DNA from: a virus
Lineage: Duplodnaviria > Caudoviricetes
Virus record (IMG/VR): IMGVR_UViG_3300038679_000051
Span: 224,001 to 288,000 of that record
Length of the DNA: 64,000 bases
Reading direction: 5' to 3' (one strand)
The notes under the pieces were generated by a model, which saw only the letters and a program-made list of their open reading frames with translations, was not told the origin of the DNA and made no database searches. The position numbers and the translations under genes are program-made. Shown piece by piece: positions 40,224-51,041 of this stretch (positions are counted from its first letter, which is position 1; each line of letters opens with the position of its first letter).

Positions 40224-42821
40224 ATGGGTCGAGAAAAGGGACTTGCAAGTTTTTCTTCTAATTTCGAGGGCCAAATGGCCGCTCCGATTGATGCGCGTAT
40301 GTTAGTAGAGACTAAGGCTGATCTTATTGTGGCTGCTACTTGGCTCGCGAATGATGGTGGTACTTATGCTTATGCTGGTATGATTGTAAGTGTGCATGGC
40401 GATACAACACCCGAAAACAATGGAGTGTATAGATTAAAAGCTCTTCCAGTTACTACTGAATCTAATTGGGAACTTCTGGGTGGGGGCAGTAGCGGTCCAC
40501 AGGGTCCACAAGGCATACAGGGGCCGCAAGGCTCAGGATATGGCAGTAGCGGTCCACAGGGTCCACAAGGCATACAGGGGCCGCAAGGCTCAGGATATGG
40601 CAGTAGCGGTCCACAGGGTCCACAAGGTGCTACTGGTGACCAAGGCGTTGCTGGTAGTCAGGGTAGTGTAGGTCCACAGGGTGGTGATGGCAGTCAGGGT
40701 TCAATTGGTGATCAAGGTGTTGCTGGTGCTCAAGGTCCACAGGGCGAAATAGGTTTTGCGGTAGGGAATTTGGCTTATTTTAGATTCGACAATGAAGTTA
40801 CCGATACTGGTATGGCTAGTGAAGGTGGGGCGTTTCGTTTTAATAATGCAAACACAACCCTTGTAACCAAAATATGGATCAATAATACAGATGCCTTCAC
40901 GACTGACGTTTCTGCGTGGTTGGCAACATGGGCTGAATCCACAAGCACAATCAAAGGTTATGTGAACATTAGAGGGAGTGCTTCCAATTTCTATATTTAT
41001 TCTGTGACTGGTGTTACCACCAAGGTGGGGTATTATGAGATTGACGTAATCCATATTGCCGATCAGGGCGGTGGACCACCAGTTGATGGTGTAGAATATC
41101 CCATATCTTTTAGCAGAACCGGGGACATAGGCATCCAAGGTGCTACTGGTCCTCAAGGTCCTGTAGGTGTTCAAGGTACTGCTGGTGCCCAAGGCGTTGT
41201 TGGTGCCCAGGGTGCTACTGGTGCACAAGGTCCTGTAGGCAGCCAAGGTGCTGCTGGTGCCCAAGGCGTTGCTGGTGCCCAGGGTGCTACTGGTGCACAA
41301 GGTAGCACTGGCATAGATGGTACTACTGGTCCCCAAGGTCCTGTAGGCAGCCAAGGTAGTACTGGTAGTCAGGGTGTTGCGGGTGCACAGGGCGTTGCTG
41401 GTGCTCAGGGCGTTGCTGGTGTTCAAGGTACTGCTGGTGCACAGGGTAGCACTGGCATAGATGGTACTACTGGTCCCCAAGGTCCTGTAGGCAGCCAAGG
41501 TGCTGCTGGTGCCCAAGGCGTTGCTGGTGCTCAAGGTTCTACTGGTGCCCAAGGTGTTTCCGGTGCTCAGGGTATAAATGGTGTCACTGGCCCACAAGGT
41601 CCACAGGGCGATCAAGGCCCGCAAAACGTTATTGGTGCTACTGGCCCACAAGGACCACAAGGCACTGGCACGCAGGGTCCACAAGGTGATGATGGTGCCC
41701 AAGGATCACAAGGCATAAATGGTGTTACTGGTCCACAAGGTCCACAAGGTGAGAAGGGTGATCCCGCTGGAACACCTGATTCATGTAAAACAATATTAGA
41801 ATCCGATTATCCATTAGCGAATGATGATGCAATTGCAATACCGTTTACTGACGAGGATCATGATACCGATTCGATGCATAGCAATATTGTCAATCCAAGT
41901 AGGATTACCATCAAAACGTCTGGTTATTACCATGTTCGTGGTGTACTTAAATTTGCGACGAATGCAATTGGCATACGATATGCTTATATCAGTAAAGATG
42001 GAATTAAATTGGCAGATGAAGTCAGAGATCTGAGTCCGTCTGGTTCTTATGTTTCTTATGTAGAGGTCGACCTAGGCGTAATTTCTCTTTCGACCAATGA
42101 ATATATCCAGATACATGGTTATCAAAACAGTGGCGATCCCTTAGGTGTTTTGATGGATGGTAGTTTTCTGTCTGTAACGAGTGCATCTGGTGCTAATGGT
42201 GATCAGGGACCAACTGGTCCGATAGGACCACAAGGTGTCATTGGTAGTCAAGGCGATGATGGTACACAGGGACCACAAGGCACTGGTACGCAGGGTCCAC
42301 AGGGCGATCAAGGCCCGCAAAACGTTATTGGTGCTACTGGCCCACAAGGACCACAAGGCACTGGTACGCAGGGTCCACAGGGTGATCAAGGCCCACAAAA
42401 TGTTATCGGTCCGCAAGGTTCACAGGGTCCACAGGGTGATCAGGGCATTGGTGCTACTGGCCCACAGGGACCGCAGGGTCCGATTTGTGCATCAGTACAA
42501 GCACAATCGACCACACCATTAAATCTTACGGCCGCCGATAGTGGCAAAATAATTACAAATGAAGGCATGACTGAATTATTAGTAGTAAATCTACCTACAG
42601 CGGAGGCAGATTTAATGTTCACATTCATAGTACAAGATTCAGACGGAATAAAGATAGTGGCCGGCGTAGACGATAGTACAAGGCTTGGTACAACCGTCAG
42701 TAAATTAGCCGGATATATTCAGAACGCTGTGATTGGATCAATAGTCCGATTGGTGTGTATAAATAATACTGAATGGTTCGCCGAGTATTGGGTAGGTACT
42801 TGGATAGTGGAGATTTCATAA
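40224..42821 (+). CDS. collagen-like tail fibre protein
   Basis: long GXY tracts (GAQ, GPQ, GST); third copy of the globular domain near 41780-42190; beta-sandwich C-terminus. Confidence 0.85.
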   Translation: MGREKGLASFSSNFEGQMAAPIDARMLVETKADLIVAATWLANDGGTYAYAGMIVSVHGDTTPENNGVYRLKALPVTTESNWELLGGGSSGPQGPQGIQGPQGSGYGSSGPQGPQGIQGPQGSGYGSSGPQGPQGATGDQGVAGSQGSVGPQGGDGSQGSIGDQGVAGAQGPQGEIGFAVGNLAYFRFDNEVTDTGMASEGGAFRFNNANTTLVTKIWINNTDAFTTDVSAWLATWAESTSTIKGYVNIRGSASNFYIYSVTGVTTKVGYYEIDVIHIADQGGGPPVDGVEYPISFSRTGDIGIQGATGPQGPVGVQGTAGAQGVVGAQGATGAQGPVGSQGAAGAQGVAGAQGATGAQGSTGIDGTTGPQGPVGSQGSTGSQGVAGAQGVAGAQGVAGVQGTAGAQGSTGIDGTTGPQGPVGSQGAAGAQGVAGAQGSTGAQGVSGAQGINGVTGPQGPQGDQGPQNVIGATGPQGPQGTGTQGPQGDDGAQGSQGINGVTGPQGPQGEKGDPAGTPDSCKTILESDYPLANDDAIAIPFTDEDHDTDSMHSNIVNPSRITIKTSGYYHVRGVLKFATNAIGIRYAYISKDGIKLADEVRDLSPSGSYVSYVEVDLGVISLSTNEYIQIHGYQNSGDPLGVLMDGSFLSVTSASGANGDQGPTGPIGPQGVIGSQGDDGTQGPQGTGTQGPQGDQGPQNVIGATGPQGPQGTGTQGPQGDQGPQNVIGPQGSQGPQGDQGIGATGPQGPQGPICASVQAQSTTPLNLTAADSGKIITNEGMTELLVVNLPTAEADLMFTFIVQDSDGIKIVAGVDDSTRLGTTVSKLAGYIQNAVIGSIVRLVCINNTEWFAEYWVGTWIVEIS

Positions 42822-43558
42822 TGGCTACAGTTGGCTCTCCCGGCATCGGTGTAATTCTTCCGGGGATGGTTATATCATTCGCTGGTGCATCTGTACCAGA
42901 GGGGTGGTTGGATTGTGATGCTACCGCCGTCAGTCGAACCACATATGGTAATCTATTCGCAGCCGTTGGTACTGCTTATGGTGGCGGTGACGGTGGCACA
43001 ACTTTTAATCTTCCTGATTTTCGTGGTCGTTCTATTTTAGGCGAGGGTACTGGTTCCGGTCTCACTGCGAGGGCAAGGGGCGATAAGGCTGGCGTCCAAT
43101 CAGTTTCCATAAGCGCAAATAATTTGCCGCAGCATACGCACGCGGGTGGCGGAAATGTGGGAGCCGAATCCAGCCATGCGCATGGGGCCGGAACCTATGC
43201 AATATCAACGAACAGCAATGCGCACACCCATTCGGGATCGACTGACTGGCAATCTCACGACCACACCCATTACTACTATAATCAATGGTCTGGAAGTGGT
43301 GCGAGTGGTAATAGTTGGGGTGGCTCTTATATAGGCCAAACGAACACGACATCCGGCGTGACGTCAAATCATTATCATCCATTCACAACGGGCAACAACT
43401 CTTCTGGTGCGAACCACGATCACACGCTGAGCGGTTCGACTGCTGCTGGATCATCTCATGCGCATTCAGACCCGACAACGGGCAACAATACCACCACGGC
43501 CTCGAATGTGGATACGATAAGTCCGTTTGGCGTAGCCAAATACATCATCAAAACGTAA
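42821..43558 (+). CDS. tail collar domain fibre protein
   Basis: GMVISFAG..PEGWL.CD..VSRTTY..LF..GT.YG.GDG.TTFNLPDFRGR; HxH repeats. Confidence 0.9.
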   Translation: MATVGSPGIGVILPGMVISFAGASVPEGWLDCDATAVSRTTYGNLFAAVGTAYGGGDGGTTFNLPDFRGRSILGEGTGSGLTARARGDKAGVQSVSISANNLPQHTHAGGGNVGAESSHAHGAGTYAISTNSNAHTHSGSTDWQSHDHTHYYYNQWSGSGASGNSWGGSYIGQTNTTSGVTSNHYHPFTTGNNSSGANHDHTLSGSTAAGSSHAHSDPTTGNNTTTASNVDTISPFGVAKYIIKT

Positions 43559-43574
43559 TGATCAGGAGCATGAA

Positions 43575-44492
43575 ATGGCTCACGTAATTGATATTTTCGG
43601 TACAGGCGCACCAGATGCGGCGTCAGCGGCTGGTAAGAACATGCTTAAAGCCGCTGACGTAGCAGCACAACAATCAATTATTATTCCTTCTGGTATTGTG
43701 TTACCATTTGCGGGAGCAAGCGTACCAGAAGGGTTTTTAGATTGTAATGCCGCCGCCGTCAGTCGGACTACCTATGCAAATCTATTTACGGCGGTAGGCA
43801 CTGCCTATGGTGGTGGTGACGGTGGCACAACTTTTAATCTTCCTGATTTTCGTGGTCGCTCTATTTTAGGCGAGGGTACTGGTTCCGGGCTAGCTGCGAG
43901 AGCAAGGGGCGATAAGAGTGGCGCAGAGGCGATCACTTTAGCTGCAACTGCATTACCACAACACACACATGCGGGTGGTGGTAACGTTGGTGCTGAGGCT
44001 TCCCATAGTCATGCCGTTGGATCGTACGCTAATGGCGCTGAGGCGAGTCATACTCATGCCACCGGATCATACGCTGCTGCGACTAATAGTAACACTCACA
44101 CTCACACTATGAGTTTTAATTCAGGTGATATTGCCGGTTCTAATCATAGACACAACATCAAGCTTGAAATGATAGGAGGAAGCGGATCGACTAGGAATGT
44201 TGTTAGTACAGGCGGCACTGAAACTGGTGATGTGACCTCAGTCGAGAATGCCAATCATTATCATGCTGTCAGTGGTACTTCGGCGAACAACTCTGCTGGT
44301 GCAAATCATGATCATTCTATGAGCGGTTCGTCCGCTGCTGGTTCCAGTCACAATCACACTATAAGCGGTTCGTCCGCTGCCGGGTCATCACACACACATT
44401 CAGACCCGACAACGGGCAATAATGCAGCCCCATCAACAACCGTACCGACCTTGAGTCCGTTTGGCGTAGCCAAATACATCATTAAAACATAG
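43575..44492 (+). CDS. tail collar domain fibre protein (paralog)
   Basis: same collar motif and YIIKT end; more HxH repeats. Confidence 0.9.
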   Translation: MAHVIDIFGTGAPDAASAAGKNMLKAADVAAQQSIIIPSGIVLPFAGASVPEGFLDCNAAAVSRTTYANLFTAVGTAYGGGDGGTTFNLPDFRGRSILGEGTGSGLAARARGDKSGAEAITLAATALPQHTHAGGGNVGAEASHSHAVGSYANGAEASHTHATGSYAAATNSNTHTHTMSFNSGDIAGSNHRHNIKLEMIGGSGSTRNVVSTGGTETGDVTSVENANHYHAVSGTSANNSAGANHDHSMSGSSAAGSSHNHTISGSSAAGSSHTHSDPTTGNNAAPSTTVPTLSPFGVAKYIIKT

Positions 44493-44521
44493 GGTTCAGC
44501 GAACCATAAGGAGAAACAAAG

Positions 44522-45049
44522 ATGAGCTTTCCGGATGCATTAGACTTAGCTACAGCCTTAGAGTCTGGCAAAGCAACCAAGGAACAAGTTAATCTTGCGG
44601 CTGAACGGTTGCGGCAATTTTTTCAGCTAGCGAAAACGCAGGAAGCAAACGTGGAATCATTTAGAACGGCACGTGATACTGCCGTCTCAAATCTTGCTGA
44701 GCGTGAGGTGGTACTTGGTGAGATGATCCATACGGCTGCGAATACAATCAACCAAAAAGAACAAGAATTAATTGAAAAGACAAATCGATTATCCAACAAA
44801 GATGTTGAAATTCAGACCTTAACGCAATTGATGGCGGATAAGACGGCTGAATTATCCACGAAAGAATCTATGATAATCGTTAAGGAATCAGAATTAACCG
44901 TCGTTTCGCAAGAACTGACAGCGCTTAAAGCCAAGCCAGAAGTGATAAAAGTTTTAGATGAAGAAAAGGCGAAGCGAATAATAATGTTGAAAGCAGAATT
45001 GGCAGAATTAGAACCAAAAGAAGAACCAATTGGAGAAATAGAGAAATAA
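44522..45049 (+). CDS. coiled-coil hypothetical protein
   Basis: AGGAG RBS; heptad pattern. Confidence 0.65.
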   Translation: MSFPDALDLATALESGKATKEQVNLAAERLRQFFQLAKTQEANVESFRTARDTAVSNLAEREVVLGEMIHTAANTINQKEQELIEKTNRLSNKDVEIQTLTQLMADKTAELSTKESMIIVKESELTVVSQELTALKAKPEVIKVLDEEKAKRIIMLKAELAELEPKEEPIGEIEK

Positions 45050-45054
45050 AAATT

Positions 45055-45240
45055 CTAGAAATCTTTGGTCTTTTCTTTTGCTTTTTTGGCGCTTGTTTTT
45101 ACCGTTTTACATATTGGGCATGTCCATTCATCATAATCGTTTGGGTTGCGGGCATGTGTTGTCGTTTTCATGCATTTAGAACAATAATGATTCATTTTGG
45201 TCAACATCGGCAATGCCTCATATAACATTTGCAGTTTCAT
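45055..45240 (-). CDS. small Zn-ribbon protein
   Basis: CSKC...CPIC; begins MKLQMLYE. Confidence 0.6.
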   Translation of the reverse strand: MKLQMLYEALPMLTKMNHYCSKCMKTTTHARNPNDYDEWTCPICKTVKTSAKKAKEKTKDF

Positions 45241-45313
45241 GTATGGTTTCTCCTTGAAGACATTTTGGCTTTACCGTTGTGCATCCAGTAATATTTTTGT
45301 CGTAAATATTAAT

Positions 45314-46288
45314 ATGGAGAGAGAAACGTTACAACCGATTGATAAGTTTAACCATTGTGCGTCAATTATTGAATTCTATGACGGCGTATTGATTGCTTAT
45401 TATGCCGGTTCGAGGGAATGTAATGACGACCAACGAATAATCCTGACGTACAAGAACGTACATCAACCAAAAAAGAGATGGAAATGGTCTGATGCAATCA
45501 GTTTTGAAATTGGGACAGGGAATCCCATTTTGTTTAAACATGATAATGCAATCTACGTTGCTTATGCCAAATTTGAACGAGACTTTCCACAACGCGTGAA
45601 AAAATGGGCTTATTGTTCATTGTGGTGTCGTAAAATATCATTGAGCACGCAATTGGTCGTGGGTGATCCAATGCCCATGTTCAAACACCCGCAGATTGGT
45701 TTTCTGTTTAGGATTGCGCCGTTCTACCACGATGGTAGAACGTTTTTACCGATATATAGGGAAGAGAATTGTTATAGTGCCGTATATGAATGGTTAGGAG
45801 ACAAATTAAAGCTAATCGGGCGGATTGGTTATGGTTGTAATTCGACCATGCAACCGTCATTATGGTATGATGGCACGGCATTTCACGCATTGTGCAGGAA
45901 TTATCGTCCCAGCGTATATGGACCATACGCATGGCATTCAACGTCACCAAATCTGATAGATTGGTCACATCCTGAATTGGAAAAGACGTTAGACAACAAT
46001 AACAATTCAATCGCCGTCATAAATGATGATAAGAAGGATCCATTGGTCATTTGGAACGTAGGGATGGATAGACGAGATCTCCGTTTAGGTAGGCTCAATG
46101 GGCACATGCGTGGCATAAGTTATGTGACGCTCAATTCTGACGATGGGTTGAGATATGGGTCTTATCCAAATTATTGCTTTGATAAATTCAATGGTCTTCA
46201 TATGGTATGGACCGATATGATTGACGACAATTTATCGATCAGTTATATGTCATTGAATGAAAAGGAATATCGGCAATTAAGAAAATGA
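45314..46288 (+). CDS. sialidase-like / BNR beta-propeller protein
   Basis: NHCASIIEF.DGVLIAYYAGSRE, GNPILF, LFRIAP, LPIYRE, QPSL, YGSYP pattern of BNR_2-type sialidases. Confidence 0.75.
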   Translation: MERETLQPIDKFNHCASIIEFYDGVLIAYYAGSRECNDDQRIILTYKNVHQPKKRWKWSDAISFEIGTGNPILFKHDNAIYVAYAKFERDFPQRVKKWAYCSLWCRKISLSTQLVVGDPMPMFKHPQIGFLFRIAPFYHDGRTFLPIYREENCYSAVYEWLGDKLKLIGRIGYGCNSTMQPSLWYDGTAFHALCRNYRPSVYGPYAWHSTSPNLIDWSHPELEKTLDNNNNSIAVINDDKKDPLVIWNVGMDRRDLRLGRLNGHMRGISYVTLNSDDGLRYGSYPNYCFDKFNGLHMVWTDMIDDNLSISYMSLNEKEYRQLRK

Positions 46289-46542
46289 GGAGGGGGAAAA
46301 TGCGCTTTAAACTTAAGGGCGTTGATAAGGTCTTTATTTCATGGACGACAACCACTTGGAATGGGGTCCAATATTACGAAGGTGTTGTAACTTGGCATAA
46401 GAAAATGCCTAAATCAGGCAAGAAAGAAGCGTTTGCTCTTTGTATGGGCAAACAAGTAATTACCGAAAAAGAACATTACATTGTTGAAAAGGACATAACG
46501 ACACTTGCTTCTAAACCCTACTGGGAAAACCAAGGTAATTAG
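46285..46542 (+). CDS. hypothetical protein
   Basis: 85-aa ORF; probable start 46300. Confidence 0.5.
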   Translation: MRRGKMRFKLKGVDKVFISWTTTTWNGVQYYEGVVTWHKKMPKSGKKEAFALCMGKQVITEKEHYIVEKDITTLASKPYWENQGN

Positions 46543-46544
46543 TT

Positions 46545-47690
46545 TTATTTTTCCGGTTCGATATCTGCCAATCTTGCATATTCTGCATCGTCATATTTCT
46601 CGCCTCTTGACATTAGATTATGTTTCAATTGTTCTGGCGTCCTAGATAACCACTCAAATTCAAATGAGGTATATCCAAATGGTCTTAACGTGCTTTCCAA
46701 TAATTCGCGCCATCGTTTGTATCTAAAATGATATCCTTCCACTATTATGTCCTTTGATAGATTTAACGATAGGCAAGCATTTTGTAATATGAAACGCTCC
46801 AATGATTGCGTCAACAAATCATTGATTCTAGTTTGTTCATAATCTTTCAAACATTGATCGTCTTGGTTCAACGTACGCATCGTTTCACGTAATACGCCAT
46901 CTAAAGACAAGGCATTGGTCGATCTAGTATGGGTCGTATAGGTTTTGCCAGATCCAGGGGGGCCTGAAATTATGGTTACTTGTTTCTCACTATCGCGGCG
47001 TTTTTTGCATACGAATAAATATCGTACGCCGTTCTTACCACCTTCATGTAATCCTTTGGGCAGTTGTGGTGGCGGCATGCGACAATGGATCATGGCATGG
47101 TCGAAATGTCGTCGTAACGTTTGTAAGCAGTAAGCCAGTGACGGTATGTTATTGTTGAATCCTTCTCTATAAGTCATCAATTCGGCGGTCAATGGGTTGC
47201 AAATTATTTCGAGATAATAATTTGCACTATCAATTTTGGCTAGGCGTTCAATGGCTTTATCAAATTTAACGTCTGCATCATTCACGCGACCTTGTATTAA
47301 ATGATGTAATACTGCCAAACAAAACGTGATGTCGAATGCGTCCTTCTCATAGGGCTGTGTCGTCCAGAAATCAGATTGCATTATTAAGTGGTTTCTATGT
47401 TTCACATAATTTTGTAGTAAAAATCTGGTGGCCAATACTGCATTGATGTCACGGTCTATGCCGACAATCGAACTTGCCCCAAGCTGGGCGGCTCTACAGA
47501 GAAAATATCCGCTCGAACAACCAATATCTAGAACCCTCTTATTTCTGACGGACAATTCCGACCACGGCAATTCACGGTCGCGCAAAAGCGTGTCGGAATG
47601 ACCCCTAATGATTGTTGAACCTATTTTGAACGTATGGTAATGGAACCCCGGCGTTTTCTTAATGTGTTCAATGATTTGTTGTTCGTCCAT
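46545..47690 (-). CDS. class I SAM methyltransferase fused to P-loop kinase-like domain
   Basis: RVLDIGCSSGYF, FDITFCLAVLHH; Walker A ISGPPGSGKT, IIVEG. Confidence 0.8.
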   Translation of the reverse strand: MDEQQIIEHIKKTPGFHYHTFKIGSTIIRGHSDTLLRDRELPWSELSVRNKRVLDIGCSSGYFLCRAAQLGASSIVGIDRDINAVLATRFLLQNYVKHRNHLIMQSDFWTTQPYEKDAFDITFCLAVLHHLIQGRVNDADVKFDKAIERLAKIDSANYYLEIICNPLTAELMTYREGFNNNIPSLAYCLQTLRRHFDHAMIHCRMPPPQLPKGLHEGGKNGVRYLFVCKKRRDSEKQVTIISGPPGSGKTYTTHTRSTNALSLDGVLRETMRTLNQDDQCLKDYEQTRINDLLTQSLERFILQNACLSLNLSKDIIVEGYHFRYKRWRELLESTLRPFGYTSFEFEWLSRTPEQLKHNLMSRGEKYDDAEYARLADIEPEK

Positions 47691-47712
47691 TTTCTATCTC
47701 CTTTTCATTATA

Positions 47713-47720
47713 TATTTATA
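47713..47720 (-). promoter_or_regulatory. T4-type late promoter TATAAATA
   Basis: exact TATAAATA on minus strand 23 nt upstream of the 47690 start. Confidence 0.45.
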
Positions 47721-49155
47721 GAGCATTTTTCACCTTGGCTATTTCACTTCCAAATTTCCAATCATGTCTAATGACGTTTTCTTTTGTTCGGATTATTTTT
47801 AATGATTCAGTTTCGTTCATCAACACTCTATCAATCGTTCCACCATAACTTTCGTTTTTTCTTGTACGTTTAATTCTTGGATCGCAATTTCGTATCAACC
47901 AGTCTATTGATCGACAATTTATTATATAAGCATAAGTTCCCGCCTGTCCATTGATTTTCTGCCAATAATCACTCACATTACATTTAACGATAGTTGGTAA
48001 TTTCGGATGATGATATAAGTATGCTATGTCGAAATCATCGGGTAGATTTTTAACATATTTATAAAAGATGTCGATGGAGTCACAACTGACATCATCTTCC
48101 AAGATCAAAACGTTTCCACCGTATCTTTTTGCTCGTTTAAAACATTCCAATTGTGCTAGTGCACAAGCAAAACTGTTGCGTTTTATGCCATCAGAGGCGT
48201 TTACGTTATGTGATTCGCCGCCAGATCCTTTATAAAACCATGACGGTACTTCGTCATTCCATATGATACCGGGCACTCTCTCAGATATAGAATTAAGCCC
48301 TAATTGTAGGAGTAGACGTTCGACGTTTAATTTCCTGTCGTGAGAACCATCTATATTTATATAAAAGACACGATTAATTTTGTATGGATAGATTTCAATC
48401 AATGAATGTGTCTGACTATAAAAATCAGACAGAGAATGTATTGGCTGAGTAATGACGACTTTATGTTCTACTTGACGACGACTTAGACTTGCATAATGTT
48501 TGTGTGGCAATTGTCTACTCAATGCGAGTTTATAACCAGATCCAATCAATTGTTTGCTCATATCGATATCGCAATGCAAATGTTTCCTACATTTTGTCCA
48601 ATTGATTGATTTTAATGCGGCAGTTCGAAATAATGTTGCCGAATATGTTGCCCAATATACTAACCAAACAATCTTATCATTAATCACTAGTTTTCTTTCT
48701 GATTCTACGTTTTTGATCGTCGGTGACGTCGCCTTTCCGTATTCGTCGACGGCAAACAATTCGAGACTTGCAACGTTATTTGGCAATAATTTCATCAATT
48801 TTTCGGCTTCCAGCCTATTGAATAATACAGTGTCTTGCTCACATATCCAAACGAATTCGTCGTTGATCACATTAATCGTTTTTTCCAACAATAAATTCAT
48901 TCTCGGTGGTTTACCCTCCGATAATTCGACAATTTCACCCATTGTCCTTAGCCATTCCTTATCTTCTATTGGTGCTGCATCTACAGCATATATGAAGTTT
49001 ATGTCTCTATTACAATCATATGTCTCTTTGATGCATTTCTTAATCAATCGCCTATTTTCTGGCCAATCTTTCCTAATATAAATCGTCTTGATCATTGTAA
49101 TGGTTCTTCGTTTTGGTCTAAACCCGCTCAAGATTGGCGCAAATTTATGCATCAT
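47716..49155 (-). CDS. two-domain glycosyltransferase: GT-A-like N-domain + GT25-like C-domain
   Basis: C-domain FYINID...RK...ERV...AC.LAQ...VLILEDD...GTYAYII...ID; N-domain shared with 52402. Confidence 0.75.
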   Translation of the reverse strand: MMHKFAPILSGFRPKRRTITMIKTIYIRKDWPENRRLIKKCIKETYDCNRDINFIYAVDAAPIEDKEWLRTMGEIVELSEGKPPRMNLLLEKTINVINDEFVWICEQDTVLFNRLEAEKLMKLLPNNVASLELFAVDEYGKATSPTIKNVESERKLVINDKIVWLVYWATYSATLFRTAALKSINWTKCRKHLHCDIDMSKQLIGSGYKLALSRQLPHKHYASLSRRQVEHKVVITQPIHSLSDFYSQTHSLIEIYPYKINRVFYINIDGSHDRKLNVERLLLQLGLNSISERVPGIIWNDEVPSWFYKGSGGESHNVNASDGIKRNSFACALAQLECFKRAKRYGGNVLILEDDVSCDSIDIFYKYVKNLPDDFDIAYLYHHPKLPTIVKCNVSDYWQKINGQAGTYAYIINCRSIDWLIRNCDPRIKRTRKNESYGGTIDRVLMNETESLKIIRTKENVIRHDWKFGSEIAKVKNAL

Positions 49156-49985
49156 TTACCTTTCGTGAAGGGAATGATTTGTGGGCCGATTTTATAAAAA
49201 ATATCTTCTATGCCGAATCTGCCTTTTAATATATCATAATATTTATATATGTCGCGCCTATATTTAGAATAATCATTTTCAGTCTCATGTTTGTGGTCGA
49301 TGATTACGTTATTCGTAAATGCAACTTTAACGTTTCCTCTTTCTTTTAAATTTAGAAATATATCAATATGCGATACGGTTTTCAGTTCTGGCATCCAACC
49401 TACATTGCGCATTAATTGCGTTTTAGCTATGAAAAAATTCATAATTATGTCATAATATTTAATACCGTTTATTTCAGCCACAGGGACATCTTTGTTGAGG
49501 ATCAACATACCATTGTCGTATTCTGCCTGTATGTTATAGGAATGACCTATGACGAAACCACCTACTACATCCATCTTTTCGGTCGTAATTAACTTATAGA
49601 AATTTTCCAATACGGTTTCATCTATAAATATGAAATCATCATCACATAATATGAAATATGGTGTCTCTACTTTGCTCAATAAGAAATTTCTACCCGCACC
49701 CGCACCGACATAAAATGGGAGTTTCCAATATTTGATCGCATGACCAAAACCGTGATCATTGAATTCTTCGACTGTCATTCGATGTAATTCAGAATCATCT
49801 GCTATGAGTATGTGCATGTCCAAATAACGTTTTCTGACGGATTTTATAAGTCGTGCCAAACAAGTTGGTCGTTTGAATGTTTTGATTATTAGCGTTACTT
49901 CTTCGTTGAATTTAGTCATGCATTCAAGTTTCGGCATGATCAATTTATCAACTTCCCTTTTAGGGAATTTATGAGCCATTTTCAT
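49152..49985 (-). CDS. GT2 glycosyltransferase
   Basis: IIKTFKRP.CL, ILIADDS, GAGRNFLL..VETPYFILCDDDF, NFFIA. Confidence 0.85.
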   Translation of the reverse strand: MKMAHKFPKREVDKLIMPKLECMTKFNEEVTLIIKTFKRPTCLARLIKSVRKRYLDMHILIADDSELHRMTVEEFNDHGFGHAIKYWKLPFYVGAGAGRNFLLSKVETPYFILCDDDFIFIDETVLENFYKLITTEKMDVVGGFVIGHSYNIQAEYDNGMLILNKDVPVAEINGIKYYDIIMNFFIAKTQLMRNVGWMPELKTVSHIDIFLNLKERGNVKVAFTNNVIIDHKHETENDYSKYRRDIYKYYDILKGRFGIEDIFYKIGPQIIPFTKGK

Positions 49986-50032
49986 TCTCCTAATTATCTA
50001 CATTTGATTCTAATAAGCGGGCGTGGCGTTGA

Positions 50033-50422
50033 TTAATGAGGTAAAGAAGTGGTTGTGATGTCTTTAGGCAACAAGACGGAACGCACGGTTTCCCAATTTA
50101 TTAAAGGACGTTTGTGCATTGCGTATTGAATCAATGGGGCACCAAAAGCAGCGTCATCGATATACAGATGTGCATAGGCTTTTGGGCTGGTGGTCCAATT
50201 TTGTTCTGGATTGCGTTGGATTCCAAACAATGGGATGTTCCGTTGTCGATACCATTTTATGGCATCTTGGAGTTGTTCACCATCCCGCATGGTCCAGAGG
50301 ATTATTTTGTGTCCTTGTGCGACTAAATCACGCAACGTGTCAACCGCACCAGGCGCATCTGAACCGACATCTGGGAAACGGTGATCTACGACGGTCCCAT
50401 CGAAATCGACCGCGATGATCAT
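50033..50422 (-). CDS. HAD-superfamily hydrolase (BT0820-like)
   Basis: IAVDFDGTV, ILWTMR, KAYAHLYIDD. Confidence 0.9.
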   Translation of the reverse strand: MIIAVDFDGTVVDHRFPDVGSDAPGAVDTLRDLVAQGHKIILWTMRDGEQLQDAIKWYRQRNIPLFGIQRNPEQNWTTSPKAYAHLYIDDAAFGAPLIQYAMHKRPLINWETVRSVLLPKDITTTSLPH

Positions 50423-50631
50423 GATCTAGTCCATCTTTCGAACTTTGGGCATGAATGGTTGTAGTGGACGTTATGGTTATAATTGTTTCCAGATGCATCC
50501 TTGTTTGAACAACGACCTTGACTGCTTTCTGCGATCACCTCACCTGAACACATGTGTGATCGATCTTCTCGTTTGCCGCTCCAGTAAATGCAACACGCAC
50601 AATGCTTGCCTGTAACGCTGCTGACGCTCAT
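50419..50631 (-). CDS. small Cys-rich protein
   Basis: CACCIYW...C...C...C; GGAGGG RBS upstream. Confidence 0.55.
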   Translation of the reverse strand: MSVSSVTGKHCACCIYWSGKREDRSHMCSGEVIAESSQGRCSNKDASGNNYNHNVHYNHSCPKFERWTRS

Positions 50632-51041
50632 GTTCTTTCCCTCCCTTTTTATCGTTTCATGAGACGATGATTGCGATTCACCTTAAATGCTACCTATCCA
50701 CCAGCATTGATGCCCATCTTATGCAAAAAATCTGTGTCAGATTGCTTAAACATGCGTTCCTCCCAACGTTCATTAACGTTATGAGGGCAATCCGTCAATT
50801 CTTTTTTTGAATCTTCATATGTTTGTCCTGATAAATAATTAAGAGGGGATTAAGAATGAAATCAGATACGTGGAATTAATCAAACGCAATAACCTTGATC
50901 TAAAATAGATTGAAGACAACGTATTGCCGTTGTTGGCTGACAACATGAGTAAAAGATGGGCGGTAGAGTTCCGTAAGATGGCACTTAAAGACGAAATCAA
51001 TGAGGACGACGAAAACATGATCCTGAGGAGCATGACGTAAC

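Noticed and set aside
40701-41702. 333-aa minus-strand repetitive ORF and similar antisense ORFs (e.g. 29133..29819, 18946..19479, 63626..63835)
   Set aside because: They mirror real genes on the opposite strand, especially stop-poor collagen repeats, with no RBS or motifs
38338-44492. Diversity-generating retroelement TR/VR pair among the duplicated fibre segments
   Set aside because: Differences between copies are not restricted to adenines, both copies are coding, and there is no reverse transcriptase in the window
50849-51040. Stop-codon recoding suggested by a protein-like frame interrupted by TAG
   Set aside because: TAG is a genuine stop elsewhere (44492 paralog ends YIIKT like the TAA-ended 43558; 35054 is followed by an RBS and next gene); more likely a decayed ORF
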